Origin: an uncultured cyanobacterium
Lineage (GTDB): Bacteria > Cyanobacteriota > Cyanobacteriia > Pseudanabaenales > Pseudanabaenaceae
NCBI GenBank assembly: GCA_963703315.1
Contig: OY969811.1
Location: 3,008,001 to 3,072,000, forward strand
DNA: 64,000 nt
Direction of reading: 5' to 3'
Part shown: positions 18,396-28,333 of the stretch, one piece after another
Numbering within the stretch: the first letter of the stretch is position 1
Layout of the letters: each line of letters begins with the position of its first letter
Program-made: the position numbers and the translations under genes
Notes under the pieces: model-generated
The model's database searches: none
What the model saw: the letters and a program-made list of their open reading frames with translations, nothing else
What the model was told of the DNA's origin: nothing

Positions 18396-20231
18396 ATGGA
18401 TGCAGTTGCAGTAAAGCCCAGCGAAAGCAAACCTAGTGATATTAAACCTAGTGATATCCTGCGGCAAGCCGATACCGAAAAATTAGCGCGGATTCGCCAT
18501 ACTTGCTCTCACGTGATGGCAATGGCAGTCCAAAAGTTATATCCCGATGCGAAGGTGACGATCGGCCCTGCAACTGAGAATGGCTTTTATTACGATTTTG
18601 ATCGCGCTGAGCATTTTACCCCCAGTGACTTAAAGGCGATCGCAAAGGAAATGAAGCGGATTATCAAGTGGAATCAGCCTCTTGTACGACAAGAGTTGCC
18701 ACGTCCTGAGATGCTTGGCGAAATCGAAAAACTGAATGAGCCTTACAAAATCGAATTACTAGCCGCCATTCCTGAAGGGCAGAATATAAGTCGTTATTTT
18801 ATCGGCGATCCCGAAAAATTTGAAAAACAACCTTGGTGGGACTTGTGCGCGGGACCTCACCTCGATAGTACTGGCGATATTCACCCTGATGCCTTTGCCC
18901 TTGAGAGTATTGCAGGAGCCTACTGGCGCGGTGATGAAAAGAATCCGATGCTTCAGCGTATTTACGGCACGGCTTGGGAAAATCCTGAGCAGTTACAGGC
19001 GTATCACGCGATGCTCGAAGAAGCAAAACGCCGCGATCACCGTACCATTGGCAAAGATTTACAACTGTTCAGCATTCAGGAAGATGCTGGCGGCGGCTTG
19101 GTGTTCTGGCATCCTAAGGGCGCGATCATTCGTAATACCATTGAAACTTTCTGGAAAGATACCCATGTTCAGAATGGTTATGAGTCGGTAACTACGCCAC
19201 ACATGGCGAATTTGGATCTGTGGAAGATTTCGGGACATAACGACTTCTATCGCGAAAGTATGTTTCAGCCGATGGAAGTAGAACATCAAGTTTATCAGCT
19301 TAAGCCGATGAACTGTCCCTTCCATGTGCTGATCTACAAAGACACGCTCCATTCTTACAAAGAGTTCCCCATTCGTTATGCTGAGCTTGGTACGGTGTAC
19401 CGCTACGAGCGCTCTGGCACAATGCATGGCTTGATGCGGGTGCGCGGCTTTACCCAAGACGATGCTCACATTTTCTGTACAGAAGAACAAATTGAGCAGG
19501 AAATCATTGGTGTTCTCAATCTCGCGGAATTGATTCTCTCTACCTTTGGTTTTGAGAACTACGAAATCAATCTTTCCACTCGTCCTGACAAATACGTTGG
19601 CTCCGATGCGATTTGGGAAAAATCTACGGAAGCACTCAAACAGGCTCTTAATCATAAAGGTTGGAACTATGTGATTGATGAAGGGGGCGGCGCTTTCTAT
19701 GGACCAAAAATCGATATCAAAATTGAAGATGCGATCGGTCGGCGTTGGCAATGTTCCACGATTCAGCTAGATTTCAATCTTCCCGATCGCTTCAAGATGG
19801 AGTATGTCGGCGAAGATGGTGTCCGTCATCAACCAATCATGATTCACCGCGCCTTGTTTGGCTCAGTCGAGCGTTTCATCGGCGTATTGATTGAAAACTA
19901 TGCAGGGGATTTTCCTCTGTGGTTAGCACCTGTCCAAGCTAAGTTGATTGCCGTCTCTGATGGTCAAATGGCATACGCAGAAGAAGTTGCCGCCAAGATG
20001 AAAGCAGCAGGTTTGCGCGTCCAGCTAGACCATAGCGGCGATCGCATGGCGAAGCAAATCCGCAAAGCTGAGCTTGAAAAAGTGCCTGTGATGGCGGTAA
20101 TTGGGGCTAAAGAGGTCGAAGCTGGTACTCTGAGTATTCGTAGCCGTAAGCATGGCGAACTCGGCGCAATCTCTGTCGATGAGGTGATTAGCAAGATGCA
20201 ACAAGCAATTAGCGATCGCACTTGGTTCTAG
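18396..20231 (+). CDS. thrS: Threonine--tRNA ligase
   Basis: RHTCSH, DLCAGPH, KPMNCP, RVRGFTQDDAH and HRALFGS motifs. Confidence 0.98.
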   Translation: MDAVAVKPSESKPSDIKPSDILRQADTEKLARIRHTCSHVMAMAVQKLYPDAKVTIGPATENGFYYDFDRAEHFTPSDLKAIAKEMKRIIKWNQPLVRQELPRPEMLGEIEKLNEPYKIELLAAIPEGQNISRYFIGDPEKFEKQPWWDLCAGPHLDSTGDIHPDAFALESIAGAYWRGDEKNPMLQRIYGTAWENPEQLQAYHAMLEEAKRRDHRTIGKDLQLFSIQEDAGGGLVFWHPKGAIIRNTIETFWKDTHVQNGYESVTTPHMANLDLWKISGHNDFYRESMFQPMEVEHQVYQLKPMNCPFHVLIYKDTLHSYKEFPIRYAELGTVYRYERSGTMHGLMRVRGFTQDDAHIFCTEEQIEQEIIGVLNLAELILSTFGFENYEINLSTRPDKYVGSDAIWEKSTEALKQALNHKGWNYVIDEGGGAFYGPKIDIKIEDAIGRRWQCSTIQLDFNLPDRFKMEYVGEDGVRHQPIMIHRALFGSVERFIGVLIENYAGDFPLWLAPVQAKLIAVSDGQMAYAEEVAAKMKAAGLRVQLDHSGDRMAKQIRKAELEKVPVMAVIGAKEVEAGTLSIRSRKHGELGAISVDEVISKMQQAISDRTWF

Positions 20232-20236
20232 CCATA

Positions 20237-20347
20237 AATAATTAGTGGTGCGCGGCAAAGTCACACACCACTAATTATTCACTTTACATAAAACCCTAGA
20301 ATTTGTAGCGCACGCACAGCGTGCGCTACAAATTCTAGGGTTTTATA
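20237..20347. repeat. Two adjacent palindromes after thrS; the second is a family A-related hairpin with an ACA loop
   Basis: aataattagtggtg...caccactaattatt and ataaaaccctagaatttgtagcgcacgc-aca-gcgtgcgctacaaattctagggttttat. Confidence 0.8.
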
Positions 20348-20480
20348 TTGTGCCGAAGTAATTATCCAGATTGGCTTTGAGGCATTTGTTAATAGCTTAC
20401 AAGATCATGAAATTTATTAAATTTAATAATTAGGTTGCATTATGCACAGTATCTGATAAGATATAATTCCTAATAAATTT

Positions 20481-20572
20481 GGAGAGATGGCTGAGTGGAC
20501 GAAAGCGGCAGATTGCTAATCTGTTGTACGGCAGGTAACTCCGTACCGAGGGTTCGAATCCCTCTCTCTCCG
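20481..20572 (+). tRNA. trnS: tRNA-Ser(GCT)
   Basis: GGAGAGA acceptor stem, anticodon arm GCAGA-TTGCTAA-TCTGT, long variable arm, GGTTCGAATCC T-loop; CCA not encoded. Confidence 0.96.
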
Positions 20573-20596
20573 TTCACAAGCCTGTTATAGAGCGAC

Positions 20597-20830
20597 ATGG
20601 GTACTAAAGTATCAGAAAATCCAACAGGCGAAGCACCCGAAGTCGATCCTAGTAAATTTACTGCTTCAGATGTTGCAGCGATCGCTGATCGACTTGAGCG
20701 TGATGACTACGCTAATGCTTTTGAGAGCTTGAATGATTGGCATATTTTGCGATCGCTAGCTTTCAAAGGTTCTGAGTTAGCTGAACCGTACCGCCATTTA
20801 CTAGATCTTGAAGCATTTGATGAATGCTAA
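20597..20830 (+). CDS. Conserved cyanobacterial small protein (DUF2555-like)
   Basis: VAAIADRLERDDY..LNDWHILR..PYRHLLD. Confidence 0.7.
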   Translation: MGTKVSENPTGEAPEVDPSKFTASDVAAIADRLERDDYANAFESLNDWHILRSLAFKGSELAEPYRHLLDLEAFDEC

Positions 20831-20836
20831 TAAATA

Positions 20837-20907
20837 AAAAAAGCGACGCTAAGCGTCGCTTTTTTCTTATTCCCCTCTCCTACGGGAGAGGGGCTAGGGG
20901 TGAGGGC
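20837..20907. repeat. Terminator-like palindrome (TAA loop) followed by a CCCCTCTCC...GGAGAGGGG...GGGGTGAGGG REP-like element
   Basis: aaaaaagcgacgc-taa-gcgtcgctttttt and cccctctcctacgggagaggggctaggggtgagggc. Confidence 0.7.
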
Positions 20908-20915
20908 GCACTTTT

Positions 20916-21434
20916 TTAGGGATTAGGACTAGGGCTAGGTGCTGCGGGTAAACCGTTAGTAAACTTTTCTGTAGCATTTTTGCTTTCATAAATGCAATCC
21001 ACAGCAGGAGCCTTGTCTAGATCACCTGTAAAGCCAAAGGTATTCATTCTGTCTTTACATTGACGAATATCGGCTTCCTTAATCACATTTTTTTGTAACA
21101 GTAAATTCCAGTTGTTTGGCAAAACGACACACCCTGGAACGGGTTCAGCTTGGCTAATAAACACATTAAATGGGTTGAGAGTCACATAGACACGGCTACT
21201 CATCACCATTGCCGATGCGCCATAGTTGTTACAAAAATCGCGGCTAGGGGCGAGATTATCTAAACGAATCGCATCAACGGTACGCGGCGTAGGGTTGAGG
21301 GTCGATAGGGCAATACCAACACCAATACCGACCGCAAAAATTGCCCCTGCGATCGCCAGTTTAGTAGTTGTCCCATTAGATCTTGGTTCAGTGGGAGGTG
21401 TATTCAGAGTTGAAGAATATCTACGTCTTGCCAT
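20916..21434 (-). CDS. Conserved cyanobacterial membrane-anchored protein (DUF3172-like)
   Basis: One TM helix; FCNNYGASA, RVYVTLNPF, PGCV and CKDRMNTFGFTG motifs. Confidence 0.7.
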   Translation of the reverse strand: MARRRYSSTLNTPPTEPRSNGTTTKLAIAGAIFAVGIGVGIALSTLNPTPRTVDAIRLDNLAPSRDFCNNYGASAMVMSSRVYVTLNPFNVFISQAEPVPGCVVLPNNWNLLLQKNVIKEADIRQCKDRMNTFGFTGDLDKAPAVDCIYESKNATEKFTNGLPAAPSPSPNP

Positions 21435-21514
21435 AGATGTCAGTTAGGGGTCTTCCCTAGATTAACCGAAAGTGCTGAGATTTTGGAAAATATACTTAGT
21501 AAACCTCTCAAAAG

Positions 21515-22447
21515 TTAGAGAATATCTACTCCTGCGCGATCGAGAATTTCGGGAATCAAATGTTCAGCTTTGATCGCCATGATATGCACGCCTTGACAAA
21601 TTTGCCGCGCCGTTTGGATTTGTTCAGCAGCGATCGCTAGTCCTTCCTGTAAGGGTGATTTAGCCTGAGCGAGGCGATCGATAATATGCTCTGGAATCTG
21701 TACCCCCGGCACATATTTATTCAGAAACAGCGCATTTTTAGCAGATTTAATTAGAAATATGCCCGCCAGAATTGGCTTGTCCGATTGATTTGCAATTTGA
21801 TTCACAAATTTATCGAGGCGATCGAAATCGGTAATTAATTGGCTTTGAAAAAATTGCGCCCCTGCATTAATCTTGCGCTCAAACCGTTTTTGTAAACCCG
21901 ACCAACTGGGCGACTGTGGATCAACGGCGGCTCCTGCTAAGAAATCTGTACCTTGATGGGGCAGAGCTTTGCCATTAGCGTCCAGACCTTGATTTAGTTT
22001 TTGAATTAATTGCAATAACCGCACTGATTCATAATCAAACACCGATCGCGCATCGGGAGAGTCCCCTGCTTTGACGGGATCACCTGTGAGCGCCAAAATA
22101 TTTGTAATTCCCAAGGCTGCCGCACCAAATAGATCTCCTTGCAATGCAATCCGATTGCGATCGCGACAGGCAAGCTGACACACTGTTTCGATCCCAAGTT
22201 GCTGCTGGATCAACACTGATGCAGCCACAGGACTCATGCTCATCACCGCCCGACTAGAATCAGTGATATTCACCGCATGGACACGACCTTTTAGCGATCG
22301 CGTTTGGGCAAGCATCTGCGTGGGGTCGCTGCCCTTAGGTGGCGATACCTCAGCCGTAATTAAAAATTCTTTATCGGCGATCGCCTTACGGAATTTGGTA
22401 AAAGGTGGCTCTGGTTGCTCAAATACTGACTGGGGCGACTCGATCAT
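21515..22447 (-). CDS. metF: Methylenetetrahydrofolate reductase
   Basis: EVSPPKG, CRDRNRIAL, LALTGD and GAQFFQSQ motifs. Confidence 0.9.
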   Translation of the reverse strand: MIESPQSVFEQPEPPFTKFRKAIADKEFLITAEVSPPKGSDPTQMLAQTRSLKGRVHAVNITDSSRAVMSMSPVAASVLIQQQLGIETVCQLACRDRNRIALQGDLFGAAALGITNILALTGDPVKAGDSPDARSVFDYESVRLLQLIQKLNQGLDANGKALPHQGTDFLAGAAVDPQSPSWSGLQKRFERKINAGAQFFQSQLITDFDRLDKFVNQIANQSDKPILAGIFLIKSAKNALFLNKYVPGVQIPEHIIDRLAQAKSPLQEGLAIAAEQIQTARQICQGVHIMAIKAEHLIPEILDRAGVDIL

Positions 22448-22482
22448 GCGAAATAAAACTCAGGAGTCTCTGCATTTTAAAC

Positions 22483-22566
22483 TATAGCGATCGCCAGTTT
22501 TGTTAGGACACCAAACCAAAAGATGAGTTACGGCGCGAAGCGCCGTAACTCATCTTTTGGTTTTGA
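22483..22566. repeat. MITE-like family B remnant (TATAG...TTAGGACA) with a 24-bp-arm GCGAAGC palindrome
   Basis: aaaccaaaagatgagttacggcgc-gaa-gcgccgtaactcatcttttggttt; similar to 46071-46179. Confidence 0.7.
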
Positions 22567-22570
22567 TTAA

Positions 22571-22993
22571 TCAAAGCTCGTATTGTTCTTCAAAAACTTC
22601 TTGCCAAGATAATATTTGTAAATTAGATTTTTGGTTCATCTCGCCTTCAGCTTCACGTTTGGCGACCTTAGTACAGTTTGCCCACATTGCTTGAATTACA
22701 GCATTATTGAGACTGGGAGTCTCTTGCTGGATTTCAAGGATTTCTTCACGAGCATTATTAATGCTGGCAACCCAACTAAGCGATCGCTTGTCGGGTTGGC
22801 TATTCCACTTGATAATATGTTTAATAAGTCGCACTAGTTGACTTTTAAGAGCGCGTTTATCCGATCTAGACAAGGCTTCGATTAACTCCTCAACTCCTGC
22901 GATCGCCGACTCAATTTTCCCAGAGTTAAGTTCTTGCCGAATTGCTTCAGCCGTTTGATAAGGCGAATTAGTTGCTAGTTGTTGCCAATTCAT
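22571..22993 (-). CDS. DUF29-family protein
   Basis: LIEALSRSDKRALKSQLVRLIKHIIKW..SW..SI..R..PSL; ATG 22993 preferred. Confidence 0.8.
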   Translation of the reverse strand: MNWQQLATNSPYQTAEAIRQELNSGKIESAIAGVEELIEALSRSDKRALKSQLVRLIKHIIKWNSQPDKRSLSWVASINNAREEILEIQQETPSLNNAVIQAMWANCTKVAKREAEGEMNQKSNLQILSWQEVFEEQYEL

Positions 22994-23199
22994 TTGTCGT
23001 TGAGTCACATTCACAGGCTTCAATAGAGTTATTATAATTCTTTGAGCAGAAAGATTAGGACTTCTGCACCAATAAAGTGAAAGTCCCTTCACAGAGAATT
23101 GTTTCCCCCGCCGAATGCGGGAAAACAATCCCGTACTTCACTAGACTGTGAAACGCTATATCAACAAGTATCTATCAGCAATTATATTTTTGATCTCTC

Positions 23200-24897
23200 A
23201 TGGAAGATATTCTTAATCTACAACTAGCCAAATGTCCAACGGGTATCCAAGGACTCGATGAAATCACTGATGGCGGGTTACCCCAAGGCAGACCAACCTT
23301 AATCTGTGGCTCGGCGGGCTGTGGTAAAACTCTATTTGGTGTGGAGTTCCTCGTGCGTGGCGCAACGCAGTACGGAGAAAATGGGGTTTTAATTACCTTT
23401 GAAGAAACTGCGGCAGAAATCACCAAGAATGTGGCTTCTTTAGGATGGAATTTAAATCAGTTGATTGCTGAAGGCAAAATATTAATTGATCATATTTATC
23501 TTGAAGCCAGCGAAATTGAAGAGACAGGAGAATATGACCTCGAAGCTTTATTTATTCGTCTGGGCTATGCAATTAAAAAAATTGGCGCAAAACGGGTACT
23601 TTTAGACACGATTGAAGTCCTGTTTTCTGGTTTAGGCAATGCCAATATTGTCCGATCTGAGTTGCGGCGTTTGTTTCATTGGTTAAAAGATCAAGGTGTC
23701 ACGGCTATAATCACAGGAGAGCGCGGAGAGCAAACTTTAACTCGTCAAGGTTTAGAAGAATATGTTTCTGACTGTGTGATCAAATTAGATCAGAAAACTG
23801 TTGAAGAAATCGCTACTAGAACCATTCAAATTGTCAAATATCGCGGTTCGCGCCACAGCAATAATGAATATCCTTTTTTAATTGAAGACAATGGCATTTC
23901 TGTTTTACCAATTACTTCCCTCAACTTAAATCATGAAGTCTCAGCCGAGCGCATTTCCACGGGCATACCCAAGCTTGATGAAATGTTTGGTGGACAAGGC
24001 TACTATCGCGGGAGTAGTGTGTTGGTTACAGGTCGCGCAGGAACAGGGAAAACTACGCTTGCTGGTTATTTTGCTCGGGCAACTTGCCTCAAAGGTGAAC
24101 GATGTCTATATCTCGCTACCGAAGAATCGCCTCAGCAAATTCTTCGTAATTTAAACTCGATTGGGCTGGACTTAACGCCCTATGTGAAGCAGGGACTATT
24201 GCAATTTGATGCGGTGCGACCTACTAATTACAACCTAGAAATGCGTTTGTTTAAAATTCATCGTTGGGTCAAAGAATTTCAGCCCAGTGCGATCATTGTC
24301 GATCCGATGAGCAACCTCATTCTCAGTGGGAGTGTGATGCAAACCAAAAGCTTTTTCATGCGGTTGATTGACTATCTCAAGAGTAAGCAAATCACGGTTT
24401 TCATGGCTAATTTAACCGCAGGGGAGACGAATCTGGATCAAGAAAATACCGAAATCGGGGTTTCTTCGCTGATGGATACTTGGTTAGAACTGCAAACCCT
24501 CAAGGTCAATGGGGAACGTAATCGGATTCTCTACACTCTCAAATCTCGTGGGATGATGCACTCCAATCAAGTCCGCGAATTTATCGTCACCAGTCAAGGG
24601 GTCGATTTGGTGGAGGTTTACTTGGGAGAGGGCAAGTTTTTAACAGGTACAGAGAGAATCAATCAAGCGATCGCCGAACAGACTGCCTCTAGAAAACGCA
24701 AACAGAGTTTTGAAATTAAAAAGCGAGAATGCGATCGCGAAAAACGTCTCATCCAAGCACAGATCGATGCGCTACAAATGCAGTTAGCCAATCGTGATGA
24801 GGAGTTTACACTATTAGTTGAGGAGGAAGAAGAGATTCAAAAAGCAGTACTAAAAAATCAAGATTTCATGAGAAAATTACGACATCTCGAATCCTAA
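23200..24897 (+). CDS. kaiC: Circadian clock KaiC homolog, KaiC2 type, with a C-terminal coiled coil
   Basis: Two Walker A motifs (GSAGCGKT, GRAGTGKT), EE motifs, VSSLMDTW (Ser-Ser) phosphosite region, KYRGS and KSRG motifs. Confidence 0.95.
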   Translation: MEDILNLQLAKCPTGIQGLDEITDGGLPQGRPTLICGSAGCGKTLFGVEFLVRGATQYGENGVLITFEETAAEITKNVASLGWNLNQLIAEGKILIDHIYLEASEIEETGEYDLEALFIRLGYAIKKIGAKRVLLDTIEVLFSGLGNANIVRSELRRLFHWLKDQGVTAIITGERGEQTLTRQGLEEYVSDCVIKLDQKTVEEIATRTIQIVKYRGSRHSNNEYPFLIEDNGISVLPITSLNLNHEVSAERISTGIPKLDEMFGGQGYYRGSSVLVTGRAGTGKTTLAGYFARATCLKGERCLYLATEESPQQILRNLNSIGLDLTPYVKQGLLQFDAVRPTNYNLEMRLFKIHRWVKEFQPSAIIVDPMSNLILSGSVMQTKSFFMRLIDYLKSKQITVFMANLTAGETNLDQENTEIGVSSLMDTWLELQTLKVNGERNRILYTLKSRGMMHSNQVREFIVTSQGVDLVEVYLGEGKFLTGTERINQAIAEQTASRKRKQSFEIKKRECDREKRLIQAQIDALQMQLANRDEEFTLLVEEEEEIQKAVLKNQDFMRKLRHLES

Positions 24898-24921
24898 TAT
24901 TGATGACCTCAGAATAAAACT

Positions 24922-25257
24922 ATGCCAGATAATTTAACAAGTCATTTCTCAGACAATGTTGATGCTCAAGAGAAAGAGTTTTGGAGATTAAGATTATATG
25001 TAGCAGGGCAAACACCGAAATCTCTGGTTGCTTTTGTGAATCTAAAGGAGATCTGTGAGGAACATCTTCAGGGGCAATATACTATTGAAATTATTGACTT
25101 AACGCAACAACCCCATCTCGCCTCAGAGGATAGTATCGTGGCTCTACCGACCCTCGTAAGGAAATTGCCAGAACCGATTAAAAAAATTATTGGTGATTTA
25201 TCAAATACAGAAAAGGTCTTAGTTGGATTACAAATTATTCCTCCAAATGGCAATTAA
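24922..25257 (+). CDS. kaiB: KaiB homolog 1
   Basis: [31 protein letters not shown]. Confidence 0.93.
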   Translation: MPDNLTSHFSDNVDAQEKEFWRLRLYVAGQTPKSLVAFVNLKEICEEHLQGQYTIEIIDLTQQPHLASEDSIVALPTLVRKLPEPIKKIIGDLSNTEKVLVGLQIIPPNGN

Positions 25258-25287
25258 CTCAATATTTATGCGATTTAGGATCTAACA

Positions 25288-25677
25288 ATGACTGACCCAG
25301 ATGATTTACAACTAACAACCACAGAACTTTTTGAACAGTCTATATCTCGGTCTAATCAGCAGTATTATATCCTCCGTCTCTATATAGCTGGTGCAACAAT
25401 TCAATCGGGAATAGCCTTAAAAAACATCAAAAAGATTTGCGAAGAATATCTTCAAGGACGTTATGAATTGGAGGTAATTGATATTTATCAACAGACCGAA
25501 AATATGATTGAGGAGAATATTGTCGCTGTTCCTACTTTGATTAAAGAGTTACCGCTTCCTTTACAAAAGATGATTGGCAATTTATCTAATACAGAAAAAG
25601 TCTTAATTGGGCTTGATCTTTTACCCAAAAAAATAAGCGGAGGGGAAGGCAATGCAGGATTCTCAGAACTCTCTTGA
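25288..25677 (+). CDS. kaiB: KaiB homolog 2
   Basis: LRLYIAG..PTLIKELPLPLQKMIGNLS. Confidence 0.9.
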   Translation: MTDPDDLQLTTTELFEQSISRSNQQYYILRLYIAGATIQSGIALKNIKKICEEYLQGRYELEVIDIYQQTENMIEENIVAVPTLIKELPLPLQKMIGNLSNTEKVLIGLDLLPKKISGGEGNAGFSELS

Positions 25678-28330
25678 AAAATTGCAGAAAGAAGTCACAA
25701 CTTTACATCAGCAATTAGCAGATTTACAGGAACGTCTCGATGTAGCGGAAGCAACGTTACAAGCTATTGGTGCTGGAGAAGTTGATGCGTTTGTAGTTTC
25801 GACAGAACAAGGAATGCGCGTGTTTACACTGCATGGTGCAGATTATGTTTATCAGTGTTTAGTGGAACAGATGGGGGAAGGGGCGGCAACGGTATCTGCT
25901 GATGGTGTGATTTTATACTGTAATCAGAGACTTGCCGAACTATTAGATTATTCTTTAAAGAATCTAATCGGTTCTAAGTTAGAAACCTTTATTGCACCTA
26001 AAGATCATCAAGCTTTTCTACTGCTTTTACAGGAGATTCCCGAAAAGGAAACCTTGACTAGAGAGTTGTCTTTAAGTACGGCAACGGAACATAAGGAAGT
26101 ACCTGTAAAGCTATCGCTGAAACAACTGAAGATTGATAATCTTTTAGTGAATAGCATTATTATTACGGATATTACAGAATCTAAAATTAAGGAGGCGGCG
26201 AAACTTAGTCAGATTCTCAATAGCGCGATCGCGGTGATTAATTATTTCCGTGTTTTTCGTGATAGTAAGCTAATTATTGATACTTGGGTGGGCGGAACTG
26301 AACAGATTTTTGGCTATAGCTTAGAAACCGTAAATGGGGACTCGGATCTGGTGATGGGAAATATATTTCCTGAAGATCGGGCGAGGTTTCTCCAATCGTT
26401 TTTAGCAGATATTCACGCGGGAAATGCGGGGGTATTTGAATATCGTTTTTTGCATGGCGATCGCACGATTCATTGGCTTAACTCTAACTATGTGGCGGAA
26501 TGGGATCAAGTACAAAATTGTTGGATGGGTATTAATATCATTACGGATATTACCCAGCGCAAACAAACCGAGCAGAAAATTGCCGAACAAGCAGCTTTAA
26601 TTGATATTGCTAAAGATGCTATTTATGTCCATGATTTAGACAATAAGATTTTAATCTGGAGTAAAGGGGCTGAGCATTTATATGGTTGGAATTCGGAAGA
26701 GGTTATTGGACAGAAGGCTGAACATCTCTTTAGCCAAGAGCATAAACTAGATGAAGCAATCCAAATTACGATTGAACAAGGTAGTTGGCAGGGGGAAATA
26801 GAACAAATTACCAAAGCTGGTAAGAAAGTGATTGTAGAATGTCATAAAACTCTAGTAAAAAATCAATTTTCACGATTAACATCGATCCTTGTGGTTAGTA
26901 GTGATATTACCGAAAGGAAACAACTGGAAAAACAGTTTTACCATGCTCAACGCTTGGAGAGTTTAGGAACCTTAGCTAGTGGTATTGCCCATGATTTTAA
27001 TAACATTCTTACGCCGATCTTGGGTGTAACGCAACTGCTACCTCTCCAATTTCCCAACCTTGACGAAAAGACAGAAAGGCTGTTGTCGCTGCTGTCAAAT
27101 AGTGCCAGACATGGAGCTGATTTAGTCAAGCAAATTCTTCTTTTTAGTAGAGGAACTGAAGGTGAATTAGTAGTATTACAACTAGGTTACCTACTTCTAG
27201 AATTGATTGGTATTACTAAACAAACATTTTCTAAATCAATCACAATTTCGACTGATATCCCAACTAGGGAACTATGGACAATCTCTGCTGATACAACCCA
27301 AATGCACCAAGTGTTTATGAATTTGATGATTAATGCCAAAGATGCAATGCCAGACGGAGGGGTTTTGACGATTTGTGCTGAAAATTGTCAATTAGATGAG
27401 CATGATCCTTTAGTGAATATGGAAATAAAAGCAGGTTCTTATGTAATAGTGACGGTTGCTGATACAGGAATAGGCATAAAACCAGAATTGCTAAACCGAA
27501 TTTTCGAGCCGTTTTTTACAACCAAGGAAGTCGGTAAAGGAACAGGGCTGGGATTGTCAACTGTGATGGGGATTGTCAAAAATCATAATGGTTTTATCAA
27601 GGTTTATAGTGAGTTAGGAAAAGGTACAGAATTTCAGGTTTTTTTACCCGCTACGGAGGGAGAGATGCAAGTCATTCCTGTAGAAAAATCAATGCCTATA
27701 GGTAAAGGCGAATTAATTTTAATTGTTGATGATGAGTCTTCTGTTCGAGAGGTAACCACAATTTCTCTAGAAAACTATAACTACAGGACAATGATCGCTA
27801 GTGATGGCATTGGCGCGATCGCGCTCTATGGCAAACATCAACAGGAAGTCAGCCTTGTGTTAATGGATATGATGATGCCGAATCTAGATGGAGCCACCGC
27901 AATTCATGCATTGCAGCAAATTAATCCTTTAGTGAAGATCGTTGCGACTAGTGGACTGATGAGCAACCAAAAACTAGCATTAGATGCTGGGGCGACAGCA
28001 TTTTTGCCGAAGCCTTACCCAATCATGAAACTATTACAAATTTTAGTGGAGATAATATCGCCAAATGAAAATAAACCCGATCTCATCGCGCCTATGGAAT
28101 CTAACGATCCTTCTGCATCAACGAGGGTAGAATTGTCTAGGGAAGATTTAGCAATAATGCCACCCGAATGGCTCAAGCAAATGTATGATGCGGCTTACTA
28201 CTGTGATGATGATTTGATGTTGGATTTAGTTGCCCAAATACCATCTTCTCAAGAGGCGATCGCCAAGGCTTTCAAGGATTTAATCATGAATTTCAAAACA
28301 GATATGATTATGAACTTAACAAAATTATAA
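25652..28330 (+). CDS. PAS-domain hybrid histidine kinase/response regulator, kai-linked
   Basis: Three PAS-like regions, GIAHDFNN H-box, GTGLGL G2 box, REC domain (DMMMP); overlaps the second kaiB. Confidence 0.92.
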   Translation: MQDSQNSLEKLQKEVTTLHQQLADLQERLDVAEATLQAIGAGEVDAFVVSTEQGMRVFTLHGADYVYQCLVEQMGEGAATVSADGVILYCNQRLAELLDYSLKNLIGSKLETFIAPKDHQAFLLLLQEIPEKETLTRELSLSTATEHKEVPVKLSLKQLKIDNLLVNSIIITDITESKIKEAAKLSQILNSAIAVINYFRVFRDSKLIIDTWVGGTEQIFGYSLETVNGDSDLVMGNIFPEDRARFLQSFLADIHAGNAGVFEYRFLHGDRTIHWLNSNYVAEWDQVQNCWMGINIITDITQRKQTEQKIAEQAALIDIAKDAIYVHDLDNKILIWSKGAEHLYGWNSEEVIGQKAEHLFSQEHKLDEAIQITIEQGSWQGEIEQITKAGKKVIVECHKTLVKNQFSRLTSILVVSSDITERKQLEKQFYHAQRLESLGTLASGIAHDFNNILTPILGVTQLLPLQFPNLDEKTERLLSLLSNSARHGADLVKQILLFSRGTEGELVVLQLGYLLLELIGITKQTFSKSITISTDIPTRELWTISADTTQMHQVFMNLMINAKDAMPDGGVLTICAENCQLDEHDPLVNMEIKAGSYVIVTVADTGIGIKPELLNRIFEPFFTTKEVGKGTGLGLSTVMGIVKNHNGFIKVYSELGKGTEFQVFLPATEGEMQVIPVEKSMPIGKGELILIVDDESSVREVTTISLENYNYRTMIASDGIGAIALYGKHQQEVSLVLMDMMMPNLDGATAIHALQQINPLVKIVATSGLMSNQKLALDAGATAFLPKPYPIMKLLQILVEIISPNENKPDLIAPMESNDPSASTRVELSREDLAIMPPEWLKQMYDAAYYCDDDLMLDLVAQIPSSQEAIAKAFKDLIMNFKTDMIMNLTKL

Positions 28331-28333
28331 GTT

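Noticed and set aside
19059..19751. 230-aa ORF antisense to thrS, and other short overlapping ORFs in the track
   Set aside because: They lie within well-supported genes and have no recognisable motifs.
20481..20572. tRNA-Ser as an island integration site
   Set aside because: I saw no duplicated tRNA 3' end or integrase, and the flanking genes look like core genes.
23200..25677. Canonical kaiABC clock locus
   Set aside because: No kaiA, reversed gene order, and KaiC2-type sequence features.
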